From the NCBI GenBank assembly GCA_030637025.1, contig DAOVVV010000012.1:1-61595 (forward strand): 61,595 nucleotides of DNA, written 5' to 3'. Source of the stretch: Clostridia bacterium. Its GTDB lineage: Bacteria > CBDUZB01 > JAGLHV01. Every line of letters begins with the position of its first letter. The first letter of the stretch is position 1. The notes below the pieces were generated by a model. The model had not been told where the DNA came from. It ran no database searches and worked only from the letters and a program-made list of their open reading frames with translations. Shown here in pieces: positions 10,027 to 19,981 of the stretch. Both the position numbers and the translations under genes were made by a program.

Positions 10027-11187
10027 ATGGAAAAGACAAAAATCACTATTGTAGGTGCGGGAATTATTGGATTAGCAATTGCTGCAGAGCTTTCTAAAGA
10101 ATATAGTGATATTGTGGTAATTGAAAAAAATTCCTCTTTTGGACAGGAAACAAGCTCACGGAATAGCGAGGTTGTCCATGCAGGAATTTATTATCCCGGG
10201 GATTCTTTAAAAGCGAAGTTGTGTGTAGAGGGAAAGGAGCTGCTTTATAAGTATTGTGAAAAGCACAACATTGGGCATAAAAGAATCGGTAAATTAATTG
10301 TGGCTGCTAATACTGATGAAGTTGGTAGACTGGAAATTCTTTTTAAACATGGTATAGAAAACGGGGTTACGGATTTAACACTTTTATCCGGAGGGGAAAT
10401 AAAAAAATTAGAACCCCACATAAGAGTTGTAGCAGCTATACATTCCCCTTCAACAGGAATTATAGATTCGCATGGGATGATGAAGAATTTTGTTTTAGAA
10501 TCTAAAAATCGGGATGTTCTGATTGCCTATGCTACGGAGTTAGAGGGTGTTGAAAAGCATAAAGATGGTTTTAAGGTCTCAGTCAGGGATGAGCGGGAGG
10601 GAAGTTTTATTTTTCTAACCGAAATCTTTATTAATGCCGCAGGACTTTGTTCCGATAAGGTTGCCAAGATGGTTGGTATTAACAAAAAGGAATATACTTT
10701 GAAGTACTGTAAAGGGGATTATTTCCGAGTCCATAATAATAAAGCAAGATTTCTTAATCATCTCATTTACCCTGTTCCGTCGGAACATAGTGTCAGTTTA
10801 GGCATACATACAGCATTAGATTTATCCGGTGGTTTAAGATTGGGACCTGATGCTGAATATGTAGATAAGGTTGACTACAATGTGGATGAGTCAAAGAAGG
10901 AAGCTTTTTATGAGAGTACGAAATATTTTTTACCGTTTATTGAACTGCAAGACCTAGGCCCGGATATGGCAGGGATAAGAGCAAAACTGCAGGGACAGGG
11001 AGAAGACGTTAGAGATTTTTTAATAAAAGATGAAAGCGATAACGATTTAGCAGGGTTTATAAATCTTATTGGTATTGATTCTCCGGGTCTTACCTGTTGT
11101 CTTTCTATTGCCAAAAAGGTAAAAGAGCTCGTAAAGGATTTTTTTAGGGGAGGAAAGGAAACAAATGGTATTGAGAATAGGACATAG
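10027..11187 (+). CDS. FAD-dependent oxidoreductase, L-2-hydroxyglutarate oxidase (LhgO) family
   Basis: GAGIIG, ETSSRNSEVVHAGIYY, GIDSPGLT motifs. Confidence 0.88.
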   Translation: MEKTKITIVGAGIIGLAIAAELSKEYSDIVVIEKNSSFGQETSSRNSEVVHAGIYYPGDSLKAKLCVEGKELLYKYCEKHNIGHKRIGKLIVAANTDEVGRLEILFKHGIENGVTDLTLLSGGEIKKLEPHIRVVAAIHSPSTGIIDSHGMMKNFVLESKNRDVLIAYATELEGVEKHKDGFKVSVRDEREGSFIFLTEIFINAAGLCSDKVAKMVGINKKEYTLKYCKGDYFRVHNNKARFLNHLIYPVPSEHSVSLGIHTALDLSGGLRLGPDAEYVDKVDYNVDESKKEAFYESTKYFLPFIELQDLGPDMAGIRAKLQGQGEDVRDFLIKDESDNDLAGFINLIGIDSPGLTCCLSIAKKVKELVKDFFRGGKETNGIENRT

Positions 11188-11845
11188 GGGTGCTGCAGGA
11201 TATGAACCGGAAAATACATTGCTTTCCTTTCAGAGGGGGCTACAGTTACAGGTTGATTTAATAGAGTTAGACGTGCAGGTGTGTAGTACGGGGCAAGTAC
11301 TTGTGATTCACGATGCTAAAGTTGATAGAACAACAAACGGAACAGGGTATATTGAGGAAAAGACATTCCGGGAATTAAGGTCATTAGATGCGGGCAAAGG
11401 GCAAAAAATTCCTACTCTTCAGGAAGTGCTGGATCTGGTAGATAGAAAAGCAAAAGTAAATATTGAAATTAAAGGAGAAGGCGCATCAAAGCAGGTTTTT
11501 GATGTTATAGAAATGTATGTTAGTAAAAGGGGATGGTTGTGGGATGATTTTCTTGTTTCTTCATTTAATCATTATGAATTACTGGAATTTAATCGATTAA
11601 CATCAAGGGTTAAAATCGGGGCAGTAATTGCAGGTATACCGCTTGGTTATGCAGAATGTGCGGAAAAACTAAATGCCTATTCACTGCATCCGTCTAAAGA
11701 ATTTATAAATAAAAATCTGGTTGACGATGCCCAGAGAAGGGGGTTGAAAGTATTTTCCTATACTTTAGATGAACCGGAGGACATAGAGAGAATTAAGTCT
11801 CTGGGGGTTGATGGAATATTTTCCAATTTTCCGGACAGGATATAA
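11165..11845 (+). CDS. Glycerophosphodiester phosphodiesterase
   Basis: IGHRGAAGYEPENT, IELDV, HD, NIEIK, DGIFSNFP. Confidence 0.92.
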   Translation: MVLRIGHRGAAGYEPENTLLSFQRGLQLQVDLIELDVQVCSTGQVLVIHDAKVDRTTNGTGYIEEKTFRELRSLDAGKGQKIPTLQEVLDLVDRKAKVNIEIKGEGASKQVFDVIEMYVSKRGWLWDDFLVSSFNHYELLEFNRLTSRVKIGAVIAGIPLGYAECAEKLNAYSLHPSKEFINKNLVDDAQRRGLKVFSYTLDEPEDIERIKSLGVDGIFSNFPDRI

Positions 11846-11952
11846 GGCTATTATAGATAAAAGTGACCATTGGAATATGTAGGAAAAAAAATGGATCGAC
11901 TATACATACCAATAATATGTCTTGGATTAAAGTTGAGGATTAGGGAGACGCA

Positions 11953-12348
11953 ATGAAGAGAACCTTATTTTTATTTTTCACTTTCATTTTAATAACTGCC
12001 ATTTTCAATAAAGCAGATGCTCTTATTCGTCCAGAGGAGCCTTTGCATAGAGCAGCTCAGGAAGGCAATTTAAAAAAAGTAAAAAGCCTTGTTGAAAAAG
12101 GTGCGGATGTCAATGCATTAGGTGAGAGATTAGGCAGATCCTCATTACATTGGGCAGTAGGAAGAGATTTGGGAGAAAGAGTATCATATCTTGAGGTTGT
12201 AAAGTATTTAGTAGAATGTGGAGCGAAAGTTGATATAAAAGCCGATAAGGGACATACCCCGATTGATTGGGCTGTAATTTATAAGACCAAAGATATAGAA
12301 CGCTATCTACGTGTACAGAAAAAAGGCATTTCAAAAATGGAGCACTAA
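11953..12348 (+). CDS. Exported ankyrin-repeat protein
   Basis: Signal peptide; PLHRAA/SSLHWAV/TPIDWA ankyrin repeats. Confidence 0.85.
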   Translation: MKRTLFLFFTFILITAIFNKADALIRPEEPLHRAAQEGNLKKVKSLVEKGADVNALGERLGRSSLHWAVGRDLGERVSYLEVVKYLVECGAKVDIKADKGHTPIDWAVIYKTKDIERYLRVQKKGISKMEH

Positions 12349-12868
12349 AAATTGCTAAAAAGATAGAGAATTGTGAGCCGGGGATGACCTGGTTGATATA
12401 AAAAAGAAAAATTAGTATTAAGTCGGTATGTAATAAATAGATTGTACAAAAAGAAGAGAGAACTGGGCAATCGGTGAAACACGCTATATTTTGAGAAAAA
12501 AGGTCTTTAGAGACTGATAAGGGTTCTTTTTATCTATTGACATTTATTATAGTATTGTCCCTCCTAATTATAAAAGTGAAACTTTTTCTATTCCTAAATT
12601 GTCTAATTAATCAAGAGCATAAAAAGCGTTTTGCATAAATGAGGATAATAAATATCGCGTATATTTTATTTTTTTATCAGGATATCGTAATTGATTGTAT
12701 TTATTCTGAGTGGATAAACTAAAGATTAAAACAAATTTTGGGAGTTCCGGGGAAATTTTCTTTTAAATAATAAGTTTATTGTTTTAAGGGACGCTGTACC
12801 GAAGAACTATATAACATTGCTAAGTCTGGAAATTTGATAAAATATCAAACAAAAAAAGGAGAATAACT

Positions 12869-13270
12869 ATGAACAAAAAGAACAAACTGGTGTTAAAAAA
12901 AACAATGGGGGTTGCCGTGGTTATGATTGTCGCAACTTTTGTGTTTGTCGGATGCAGGAAGCCGGTTGCAAATACGGAAAATGATAAGGTGTCTAAACAC
13001 AAGGCGAATAAAAAAGAGGTTGAAGAAGGGCACAAGCATGATTATTCGGTGGAAATTGAAGGAAAGAAAATGAAAACTTTAACCGTGCGGGAAGTGGCTG
13101 ACCTTTGGAAAATTAATCCGGAAACGCTTTTAGCAAAAATTATAGATGAATTTGATTTTAAGGGAAATTATACAACAGATACTGTTTTGGAAAAAATGAG
13201 GGAAGAATACAAATTTTCTCCATCGATAATCAAAGACATTGCCGAAGAGATAAAAACAAATAATGGTTAG
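12869..13270 (+). CDS. Hypothetical lipoprotein
   Basis: AAGGAG RBS; hydrophobic signal ending FVG-C (lipobox). Confidence 0.7.
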   Translation: MNKKNKLVLKKTMGVAVVMIVATFVFVGCRKPVANTENDKVSKHKANKKEVEEGHKHDYSVEIEGKKMKTLTVREVADLWKINPETLLAKIIDEFDFKGNYTTDTVLEKMREEYKFSPSIIKDIAEEIKTNNG

Positions 13271-13548
13271 ATGTTTTTGGGGTCTTCGTAAACCCATTCA
13301 AGACAACTGATCAACATTCCTCTACACTCGGGTGCCGGTAAATAATCCTGATTGACAGTATTTAGTTCTAGATTTGTTTTTTGAGTTACGTCGGGGCTAA
13401 TAAAAAAGAACAAAAATATAATTAATAAACTTACAGCGATAATAAATCTAACTCTTTTTAATAAAGTCGTTTTTTGTCCTCTTTATATTTTTAAAGTTTA
13501 CGGTATTCTATAAGTTTTTTACCGGAAAATTCAATATAATTTGGGATA
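13271..13548 (-). repeat. Diverged 278-bp copy of 23080-23357 (upstream region and 5' end of the GHL10-amidase gene)
   Basis: Colinear direct match; the start codon ATG has become ACG in this copy (13468-13470). Confidence 0.9.
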
Positions 13549-13670
13549 GGGAAGTTTGTAGGAAGAACTTGATTTTTTAATTAAGCGGATGTATTTTAGC
13601 AAGTAGATGTCAAGGAGGTATTTTATATTTTGAGGTGTTGTAAATAGTTTAAATAAAAAAGGAGTAGAAG

Positions 13671-13754
13671 ATGAAAAAAAGCAGTCTAAAAATTATCTTA
13701 TTCTCAACTCTGTTTGTTTTTATTTTATCTTTAGCGGTATTTGCTCATCAGTAA
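13671..13754 (+). pseudogene. Signal-peptide-only ORF, probable remnant of an exported protein
   Basis: AAAAGGAG RBS; MKKSSLKIILFSTLFVFILSLAVFA|HQ* stops just after an AxA cleavage site. Confidence 0.45.
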
Positions 13755-14006
13755 GAAAAAAGCCTAATAGAAACAGGGGAAACAATACAAAAAAACGACC
13801 CCAAAATTGTGGTTTTTCAAAAGTAGGGAGAAAATTATTATAAATTTATCCTTCTAATCTCTTCAAATTTACTTTACATAGAAAAATATATATGCTAAGA
13901 TAAAAAAGATATAATAATAATTATATATAAAAAATAGCAGTATTTGTAATGAAATTTAAACCATAAAAAATAATTTTTTTTGTTACTTAGACCTGTTTTA
14001 AATAAT

Positions 14007-14753
14007 ATGAATTTTATACCTATTATTATTATTCCGGCTACTATCTTTCTTTTTGAACGGTTATTTCCGCACCATAAGAATTTAGATAACAAAATATCAC
14101 ATGCTATATCAAATCTATCGATAGCTATAATCAATTTGTTTTTTACGACGGTATTTTATTTATTAGTAAATAAAAAATACTCTTTAGGGTTATTAAATAT
14201 ATTTGCGATGTCTGTTTATTTAGAGCTAATAGTGTCTGTTATTGTTTTTGATTTATGGATGTATATTTGGCATAGAGTAAATCATAAATTACGGTTTTTT
14301 TGGATTTTTCATAGAGCTCATCATAATGATATAAATATGGATAGCACTAGCGCATGGCGATTTCATCCGGTTGAAATAATATTATCTTCAATATTTAATA
14401 TAGTAGTTTTAATTATTATTGGCGTTAAATTTAAGTATTTTATACTTTATAAGTTTTTAATGCAGCCAGTTATACTTTTTCATCATAGTAATATTAATTT
14501 ATATGAGAAATATGACTCTATAATTCGCTTATTTATAGTAACTCCTAATATGCATAGAGTACATCATAATCGTTATTGGAAGGAGACACAGACCAATTTC
14601 TCAACAATTTTTTCTTTTTGGGATCGATTATTTAAGACCTTTAAAAAGAATGATAATACGTATAATATTGAATATGGTTTAAATTTATTTAGAGAAAAAA
14701 AATGGCAAAGTTTTTTAGGTTTCTTATTAATACCATTTAAAAAAGGGTCATAG
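14007..14753 (+). CDS. Sterol desaturase / fatty acid hydroxylase family protein
   Basis: His boxes WHRVNH, HRAHH, FHHSN, HRVHH; WDRLF. Confidence 0.9.
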   Translation: MNFIPIIIIPATIFLFERLFPHHKNLDNKISHAISNLSIAIINLFFTTVFYLLVNKKYSLGLLNIFAMSVYLELIVSVIVFDLWMYIWHRVNHKLRFFWIFHRAHHNDINMDSTSAWRFHPVEIILSSIFNIVVLIIIGVKFKYFILYKFLMQPVILFHHSNINLYEKYDSIIRLFIVTPNMHRVHHNRYWKETQTNFSTIFSFWDRLFKTFKKNDNTYNIEYGLNLFREKKWQSFLGFLLIPFKKGS

Positions 14754-14813
14754 AATAAGATTGAAAGGTGGTATATTATTATTAAAAATTATAAATATCT
14801 GTTGCGTGTTTTT

Positions 14814-15878
14814 ATGAAAAATTCCATATTCATGACTTTAGTTGTTTTAGGAGGGGCTATTTTAGTGACAAATATATTTTCTAATAATAAATATGAAGAA
14901 GCTATTTTTGCTGGTGGTTGTTTCTGGTGTATGGAACCTCCTTTTGAAAAGCTTGAAGGGGTTGTTAATGTAGTTTCGGGTTATATTGGAGGTATGGGAG
15001 AACATCCTACCTATGATAATTATGTTGAAAATAAATTTATAGAAGCGATACAAGTTATTTATGATCCTTCAAAAATAACATATAAAGAATTAATTGAAGT
15101 TTTCTGGCGTAATGTAGACCCCACGGATGCCGGGGGACAATTTGTTGACAGAGGAAATGCATATACTACAGTAATTTATTATACAAATGAAAATCAGAAA
15201 AAAATAGCTTTTGAATCGAAGCAAAATATTGAAAAATCTGGGAGGTTTGATAAGCCAATAGTTACTAAAATAGTTATAGCTTCAAAATTTTACAAAGCAG
15301 AGGATTATCATCAGGATTATTATAAAAAAAAGCCTTTGAAATACAAATATTATAGATATGGTTCTGGTAGAGATAGGTTTTTGAAAAAGTTTTGGGATGC
15401 TAGTTTGAAAATAGTAAAAACAGGAGATAAGTATATGAGTTTATCAGATAAAGATTTGAAAGAAAAATTAACTCCATTGCAGTATGAAATTACTCAAAAG
15501 AATGGTACAGAAAAAGCGTTTGATAATGAGTATTGGGATAATAAGAAAGAAGGGATTTATGTTGATATAATTTCAGGAGAACCTCTTTTTAGTTCTAAAG
15601 ATAAGTTTAAATCCGGCACTGGCTGGCCTAGTTTTACTAAACCACTTGAGAGTTTGAATATTGTTGAAAAGGAAGACAAAAGTTTTTTTCAAAAAAGAAT
15701 AGAAGTTAGAAGCAAAAAAGCAGATTCACATCTTGGACATCTGTTTAATGATGGGCCCGGAGCTGAAAAGCTTAGATATTGTATAAATTCAGCAGCATTA
15801 AGGTTTATCCCAAAAGAAGATCTTGATAAAGAAGGATATGGGGAATATAAAAAACTTTTTGAAAAAGCTGCTGATTAA
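14814..15878 (+). CDS. msrAB: Fused methionine sulfoxide reductase MsrA/MsrB, with N-terminal export signal
   Basis: GGCFWC and AEDYHQDYY (MsrA); GTGWPSF, HLGH and RYCINS (MsrB). Confidence 0.95.
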   Translation: MKNSIFMTLVVLGGAILVTNIFSNNKYEEAIFAGGCFWCMEPPFEKLEGVVNVVSGYIGGMGEHPTYDNYVENKFIEAIQVIYDPSKITYKELIEVFWRNVDPTDAGGQFVDRGNAYTTVIYYTNENQKKIAFESKQNIEKSGRFDKPIVTKIVIASKFYKAEDYHQDYYKKKPLKYKYYRYGSGRDRFLKKFWDASLKIVKTGDKYMSLSDKDLKEKLTPLQYEITQKNGTEKAFDNEYWDNKKEGIYVDIISGEPLFSSKDKFKSGTGWPSFTKPLESLNIVEKEDKSFFQKRIEVRSKKADSHLGHLFNDGPGAEKLRYCINSAALRFIPKEDLDKEGYGEYKKLFEKAAD

Positions 15879-15938
15879 TATATGGAGATTAGTTTATTTT
15901 TTAAAAGGTATATTATGGAATTTAAAAGGGGGGTTAAA

Positions 15939-16145
15939 ATGATTAAGAATGTTGGAAATTTTGATAGGATTTTGAGATTTGTTTTTTCAGGTTTAGTTTT
16001 GGTTATGGTTTTATCAGGTAAAATAACAGGTCTAGTTGCATTAGTTTTAATAATTGTTTCAATAGTCCTTGTTATTACGGGTTTAATAGGATGGTGTGGA
16101 CTTTATAAATTATTGGGTATATCAACGGTTAAGAAAAATAAATAA
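15939..16145 (+). CDS. DUF2892 / YgaP-like small membrane protein
   Basis: KNVGNFDRILR...GLIGWCGLYKLLGIST pattern. Confidence 0.8.
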   Translation: MIKNVGNFDRILRFVFSGLVLVMVLSGKITGLVALVLIIVSIVLVITGLIGWCGLYKLLGISTVKKNK

Positions 16146-16239
16146 AATATATTGTGATGTTTATGAATTGGATACAATTTGTCTATCTAATTAATATGAT
16201 ATATGGCAAAAAGAGTCTGGATATTTAAAGAATACAAAA

Positions 16240-16490
16240 AATTGGGCATTTAGCTGTAAAAATAGGACAAGTACATGCACTTCGCTTGTATTTTTTAAAA
16301 CAAGAGAAGTTTGAGAGGTTAGCAACTCTTTATATTCAAAAGATAGTAATCTCACCAGAAGAAGTATTAAAGGATATTGATAGAAGTAATTTTAAGTATA
16401 TTAAAAATACGCCTTTAGCTTCTGCTTCCATCAGACAAGTTTATTCTGCACAATTAAATAATGGATAGAATGTAGTTTGAAAGATAGTAA
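16240..16490 (+). pseudogene. Decayed fragment of an ABC1/AarF/UbiB-like kinase
   Basis: AVKIGQ (other frame) then TPLASASIRQVYSAQLNNG*NVV*K, matching the PLASASIGQV..A.L..G..VVVK motif with a frameshift and stops. Confidence 0.7.
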
Positions 16491-16558
16491 AGAAAAGTTA
16501 GTATTAAGTCGGGGGAGAAGAAGTTTTTCTTCCTTAAAAATTGAGAGTGGTGGTTTTT

Positions 16559-18412
16559 ATGATTAGAGTGGAACGTTTTTCTAAGACATATGGAGCGCAA
16601 TGTCTTTTTGAAGATTTGAATTTTACTATAGCATCGGGTGAAAAAATCGGGTTGGTAGGCAGAAACGGGTACGGAAAGACTACACTTTTCCGGATGTTAT
16701 TAAAGAAAGTCGAGCCGGATTCAGGTACCGTTTCATTTCCCCGGAATTATAGTGTGGGATATCTTGAACAGCAGATACATTTTACTCAGGATACAGTGCT
16801 AAAGGAAGGTTGTCTTGGTCTGCGTACGGAAGAGCAGTCAAATAGCTGGAAAGTTGAAAAAGTTCTGACTGGACTGGGATTCAGTCAGGATGATATGCAT
16901 AGACCTCCGATGACATTTTCCGGAGGATACCAGATAAGGCTTAATTTAGCTAAGATATTAGTGTCTAATCCGGATTTGCTGTTGCTGGACGAACCGAATA
17001 ATTATCTGGATATTATAGCTATACGCTGGCTGGTTATTTTTCTGAAAAACTGGAAAAAAGAACTGCTGCTGGTTACTCATGACCGGATGTTTATGGACAG
17101 TGTGACGACGCATACTATGATTATTCACCGGCAGAAGGTACGCAAAATTAGAGGCAATACGCAAAAAATGTATCAGCAGATTGCTCTTGAAGAAGAGGTA
17201 TATGAAAAAACCCGGGTGAATGAGGAGAAAAAAAGAAAGCAATTGAAAGTTTTTATCAGTCGTTTTCGGGCCAAAGCCAGACTTGCCGGGATGGTACAGT
17301 CAAGGGTGAAAATGCTGCAGAAGCAGGAAGAGAGGGATGCACTGAAAAAAGGTGAAAATCTTGATTTTTCATTCCATTATATCAATTTTCCGGCTGCACA
17401 GATGCTGGCCGGGCATAATCTAAGGTTTTCCTACAATGGACAGGAACCGTGGCTGATTCAAAAACTTTCTTTTAATATAGGTAAAAAGGAAAGGATATGC
17501 GTCATTGGGAAAAACGGTAAAGGTAAATCGACATTATTGCGGATTATAGCAGGCGAGTTGCCGTTAACCGATGGTACGATAAAAAGTCATCCCTTGTTGA
17601 GGACTGCGTTTTTCGGTCAGACGACATTGATAGATCTTGACGAACAGAAAACCGTATTGGAAGAAATTATGAATGCTGATGTTAATTGCCTGCCTCAGCA
17701 GGCACGCGGTATATGTGGGGCAATGATGTTTGGCAGCGATCAGGCACTAAAACCTATTAGTGTACTCTCCGGAGGAGAAAAGAGTCGGGTGCTGTTGGGT
17801 AAAATGCTTGTTACTCCTGCTCATCTGTTGTTGCTGGATGAGCCAACCAATCATCTCGATTTGGAATCTTGCGAATCACTGCTGGAAGCTATTGAGGAAT
17901 TTCCCGGTTCGTTAATGATGGTTACCCATAATGAACGCTATTTACACCGGCTGGCAACCAGACTAATAGTGTTTGATCGTGGTAAAGTTATTGTTTTTGA
18001 AGGTACATATCAGGAATTTTTGGATAAAATCGGATGGGAAAATGAAAATGAGAAAAAGCAATCATCTATTAGAAGGAAAAAACCGGAAATTTACGGGAAG
18101 AAAGCAATAAAGCAAGAGAAAGCAAAATTAATTCAAGAAAAAACCAAAGTGCTCGGACTTTTAGAGCAGGAAATCAAAGAGCTGGAAACAGAAATTACCA
18201 GACTGGAAAAAAAATCGCATATGTGTACCGAAGGGATTATTAAAGCATCAGAGTCCGGGGATGCTGCAGCCATTGCGGAATTATCAAAACAGTCACATCA
18301 TTTGAGACCTGAGATAGAAAAATGCTATAATAAGCTTGATGTTGTGCTAAAGCAATATGAAACAAAATCACGCGAATATAAAGAAAAAATGGAAGTATTA
18401 AAACAGATCTAG
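16559..18412 (+). CDS. ABC-F family ATP-binding protein (ribosome-associated)
   Basis: Two ABC domains (GRNGYGKTT, LDEPNNYLD; GKNGKGKST, LSGGE, LDEPTNHLD), no TM segments, C-terminal coiled coil. Confidence 0.92.
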   Translation: MIRVERFSKTYGAQCLFEDLNFTIASGEKIGLVGRNGYGKTTLFRMLLKKVEPDSGTVSFPRNYSVGYLEQQIHFTQDTVLKEGCLGLRTEEQSNSWKVEKVLTGLGFSQDDMHRPPMTFSGGYQIRLNLAKILVSNPDLLLLDEPNNYLDIIAIRWLVIFLKNWKKELLLVTHDRMFMDSVTTHTMIIHRQKVRKIRGNTQKMYQQIALEEEVYEKTRVNEEKKRKQLKVFISRFRAKARLAGMVQSRVKMLQKQEERDALKKGENLDFSFHYINFPAAQMLAGHNLRFSYNGQEPWLIQKLSFNIGKKERICVIGKNGKGKSTLLRIIAGELPLTDGTIKSHPLLRTAFFGQTTLIDLDEQKTVLEEIMNADVNCLPQQARGICGAMMFGSDQALKPISVLSGGEKSRVLLGKMLVTPAHLLLLDEPTNHLDLESCESLLEAIEEFPGSLMMVTHNERYLHRLATRLIVFDRGKVIVFEGTYQEFLDKIGWENENEKKQSSIRRKKPEIYGKKAIKQEKAKLIQEKTKVLGLLEQEIKELETEITRLEKKSHMCTEGIIKASESGDAAAIAELSKQSHHLRPEIEKCYNKLDVVLKQYETKSREYKEKMEVLKQI

Positions 18413-18534
18413 CAAACGGGAAAAGGTATTAATGTGTTTGGCAGGGAAATAAGGGAGAAAGATTTATTGAGTGTAAGAAAAAGCAGGGGAAAGAGAAGTA
18501 TAGATTTATATTTAATTCGGGGGAAAATTAGGGG

Positions 18535-19023
18535 ATGTCTATGAAAATCCGAATTTTCTTTGTAGTTCTTATCTTTGCAGTTACCTTTGATATAAGCAGT
18601 TTGGCTCAAGAGAAACTTGAGAAAGGCCCAAAGAGTTTGAAAGCAAATTCATATTTTGAAGCAGGGGCAATTGTAGGATCACCAAGCTTTTTAAATGGTG
18701 CTGTTGGATATTGGTTTGGTCCGGTTGGATTACGTGTTTCAGGAGGATATTCAGATAGATTTCAGAATGGAATTCAATTCAATTTAGGATATAAATTATG
18801 TGATAATGATAGAATTCTTCGCAACCTGGGAATTGCAGTCGGAAGGTCACAGGATTTAGGTTGTGACTATTCCTATTGGTGACCGGTTTATGATTTAAAT
18901 AAGAAAAAATTTTTCCTGGAAATAGGAGTGGGAAGAGTATTCAACGTTAAAAGAGGAGACTTTAGTTCTTTACCGTATTGGATTATTTTTCAAATAGGGT
19001 ATATGTACCGGTTTACAATATAG
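18535..19023 (+). pseudogene. Small outer-membrane beta-barrel-like protein interrupted by in-frame TGA (18880-18882)
   Basis: Signal peptide and alternating aromatic beta-strands; the frame continues past TGA as PVYDLN...FQIGYMYRFTI*. Confidence 0.65.
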
Positions 19024-19122
19024 GGGAACTATCATTTACTCATTTATTCAGAAATCAGGGATACATGTATCAGGTTAGTAATTAGATAATTTTTTTAGTT
19101 TATCAAACAAAAGGGAAATAAA

Positions 19123-19914
19123 ATGTTTCGGATTAATAAATTATTTATATTAATTTTTATTCTGGCTAATTGCATTTTTGTTTTTAAAATAAAGGCAGCA
19201 GAACTCAATGCCGTCAATTATTCCCATGATGGCAATGCTTTGGATTTAGAACCTTTGACAGTTGTTGCTCCTCCTGGTATTATTCGGCCTAAGACTGAAA
19301 AATTATTTCCTTCGCTGGATGTAGCGGTTCTGGAGGCGGGGCAGGAAGAAGCTGGATTTCTTCAGCTTATTAATGAATATCGGGAACAAAACGGAGTACC
19401 TGTTTTAGCGATTAATTCTTATTTGCAGACTGCCGCGCAGTGGTTGAGTGAGGATATGGCTAATAAAAATTATTTTAGTCATACGGATTCTTTAGGGCGT
19501 GATGCTTTTCAGCGTATGGCGGAGTTTGGTTATGACATTGCAACTTTTAAAGGAGAGAATATTGCGGCGGGATATGCTACGGCAGTGAGTGTTATGGAGG
19601 CATGGAAAAATTCTCCGGGTCATAATGCCAATATGTTAAATTCAAACTATCATGTTATCGGTATTGGTTTGGCCTATGAAGAATCTTCTAACTATGGTTG
19701 GTATTGGACCACGGATTTCGGTGGTGTTCAGACTGATCCGGAATACAATAGCGGTGATGTGAATAACGATGGTCAAATCAACATCCATGATATCCAGGCT
19801 TGTGTGAACCAGATCTTATCATTACAGGATTGGGGAGATGCTGCGGATGCGAATGGAGATAGTTCTGTTAACCTCTTAGATGTACAATTTATAGTTGATA
19901 TAATCTTGAAATAG
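19123..19914 (+). CDS. Secreted CAP/SCP domain protein with C-terminal dockerin-like domain
   Basis: INEYR...YFSH...GENIAAG...WKNSPGHNANML (CAP); GDVNNDGQINIHD...ADANGDSSVNLLD (dockerin duplicated Ca loops). Confidence 0.88.
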   Translation: MFRINKLFILIFILANCIFVFKIKAAELNAVNYSHDGNALDLEPLTVVAPPGIIRPKTEKLFPSLDVAVLEAGQEEAGFLQLINEYREQNGVPVLAINSYLQTAAQWLSEDMANKNYFSHTDSLGRDAFQRMAEFGYDIATFKGENIAAGYATAVSVMEAWKNSPGHNANMLNSNYHVIGIGLAYEESSNYGWYWTTDFGGVQTDPEYNSGDVNNDGQINIHDIQACVNQILSLQDWGDAADANGDSSVNLLDVQFIVDIILK

Positions 19915-19920
19915 CAGAAA

Positions 19921-19947
19921 TAGATTCCTGCTTTCGCAGGAGTGACA
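19921..19947. repeat. REP-like palindrome
   Basis: TAGATTCCTGCTTTCGCAGGAGTGACA; near-identical reverse-complement copy at about 34816-34841. Confidence 0.65.
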
Positions 19948-19981
19948 TTGATTGATACCTCTTAGCTTGCTGTGGAGAGGT

